The position numbers and the translations under genes were made by a program. A stretch of 64,000 bases of DNA from Macrostomum hystrix (taxonomy: Eukaryota > Animalia > Platyhelminthes). This document shows positions 62,707 to 64,000 of this stretch, one piece after another; within the stretch, counting starts at the first letter, position 1; each line of letters opens with the position of its first letter. The DNA lies in contig CATNEN010000034.1 in assembly GCA_950097015.1 (NCBI GenBank), positions 2,790,001-2,854,000 of the forward strand. Reading direction: 5' to 3'. Below the pieces are notes generated by a model. The model saw only the letters and a list, made by a program, of their open reading frames with translations, ran no database searches and was not told the origin of the DNA.

Positions 62707-64000
62707 TCACAGGAAGAATAACAGGCGACTACCATTCTTTTCTAGTACAGCAGTCGGCAGAACTCCATGAATGTCACTAGTACGCTGCTCGCAATCCATG
62801 GTAGACACTTTAATAGTGCTCGATGTAAGTCCTACACTCAGACCAGACGATGGAGATGTGACATAGCTCGTGGCTTGTTCAACGATCAAACCAGATGATG
62901 GCGAAGCAATGGTCAGAGCGTCTGACAGTTGCCGTTTCTTTGTTGGCGAGATCCGTTTTGTGTACCTCTGGATTGACTCTGGTCTTTTGTGACCAGTAAC
63001 ACATTGGATGTCGCCGACTGCAATGCCTTTGTTTGATAATGTCGTGACGACAGTAGCACGAATGCAATGATTTGTGTACTTGCGTGATAGATTCGCCCTT
63101 GTAGAGATCCGAACCACCATGTCGTTCAGGGTGTTCTTACCGAGAACTTGAGTTGCGCTGTACCACTGTTCCGTAGAGAATTTCGCCAACGGCCTTGGAA
63201 ACAAATCACTCACACCAGGAGGCAGCAAGGTTAAATAAAGGTGCACCGCGGCAACAGGACACGTTGATGGGTTATTGGCGGCATACATCTTAATCTGCTT
63301 TCCCGTACATGGGTTGGCAGCATTAGTTGTCTTCTCTTTACCGGACATGACCAAGTCGATGCAGGCAGTCCCAGCCTCCTCAGAGAAGACAATAGCGTCC
63401 TTCGTCAGCTGGCGAAGCCACTCGCGTCCTCTTAAGCCAAAATGCGTACACAACTTGTAGAAAACCTCATCTTGTAGTTTCACAGGCGTAGTTCGATCAA
63501 AGTAAGATCCGAGCTTCACAACATCCTCGTCGGTGATAGCTTGAAAGCCGCTCTGCTCTCCAACGTGTCTGTTCCGTTTCACGGATGCGGCTAGAGTAGC
63601 TTTGTAGGTCTTGTCGAACTTCTGAAAGGCTACATTGCCAATCACTTCCAAATCCCTCACCTCTTTAAAGTGACGATGGAGGCTGGCATGAAAGCCTGCC
63701 AACGTGCTGACGCTGTAGGCATCTCCGTCTGCCCTTTGTAGGGATGCAAACCATAAGCGCATGTACTCAACAAGATACCTTAGAGGCATGCTGTCAATAC
63801 AATCAGGAAGATTCTGCTTGCGCAAAAACGTCTTAAATTTCTCCACACACTGTCTTGTTTTGGCATCTGTAGAGGCTACGCGAGAGGCCGTCTCCACGTC
63901 TAAAATCGCACCCACTTCTTCAGGCGATAACTCCTTGAGTTGATTATCACTGTTCGCTTCGGCGGCCAAATCGGATACAAGGGCGTCCAAAACGCCGTTG
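62707..64000 (-). mobile_element. Crypton-type DNA transposon tyrosine recombinase ORF (DUF3504-like), 5'-truncated by the window edge
   Basis: Intronless frame, open to the window edge. Core-binding region LRLWFASL..DGDAYSVSTL-like (YMRLWFASLQRADGDAYSVSTL), then HFGLRGRE, CPV, LFPRP, WYS, LGKNTL, YTNHCIRAT, VTGHK..SIQRY. Confidence 0.85.

Overview
Eukaryotic (animal) genomic DNA with no prokaryotic features. Short GT-AG introns, GC-rich codon usage, tRNA-headed SINEs and a protostome-type intermediate filament suggest a free-living flatworm such as Macrostomum; this is inference, not a database result. Seven spliced host genes can be assembled by hand: a large MUC4-like NIDO-AMOP-VWD-EGF-SEA surface protein (minus strand, runs off the left edge), a 7-repeat protocadherin, a calmodulin-like EF-hand protein, a small orphan gene, a possible KH-like gene, a cytoplasmic intermediate filament with a lamin-tail domain, and arginine kinase. 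A Crypton-type tyrosine recombinase with all catalytic residues intact runs off the right edge. About 23 tandem arrays cover roughly 37% of the window. Many inflate otherwise short introns and start 5-40 nt after the splice donor. Several are built from copies of splice-junction-like sequence, and several distant arrays share one core (CTGAGGATCTG). Dispersed elements include about 10 copies of one SINE family, CORE-type SINEs, three MITE families and a solo LTR, often nested. Exon coordinates were derived by eye and have no transcript support.
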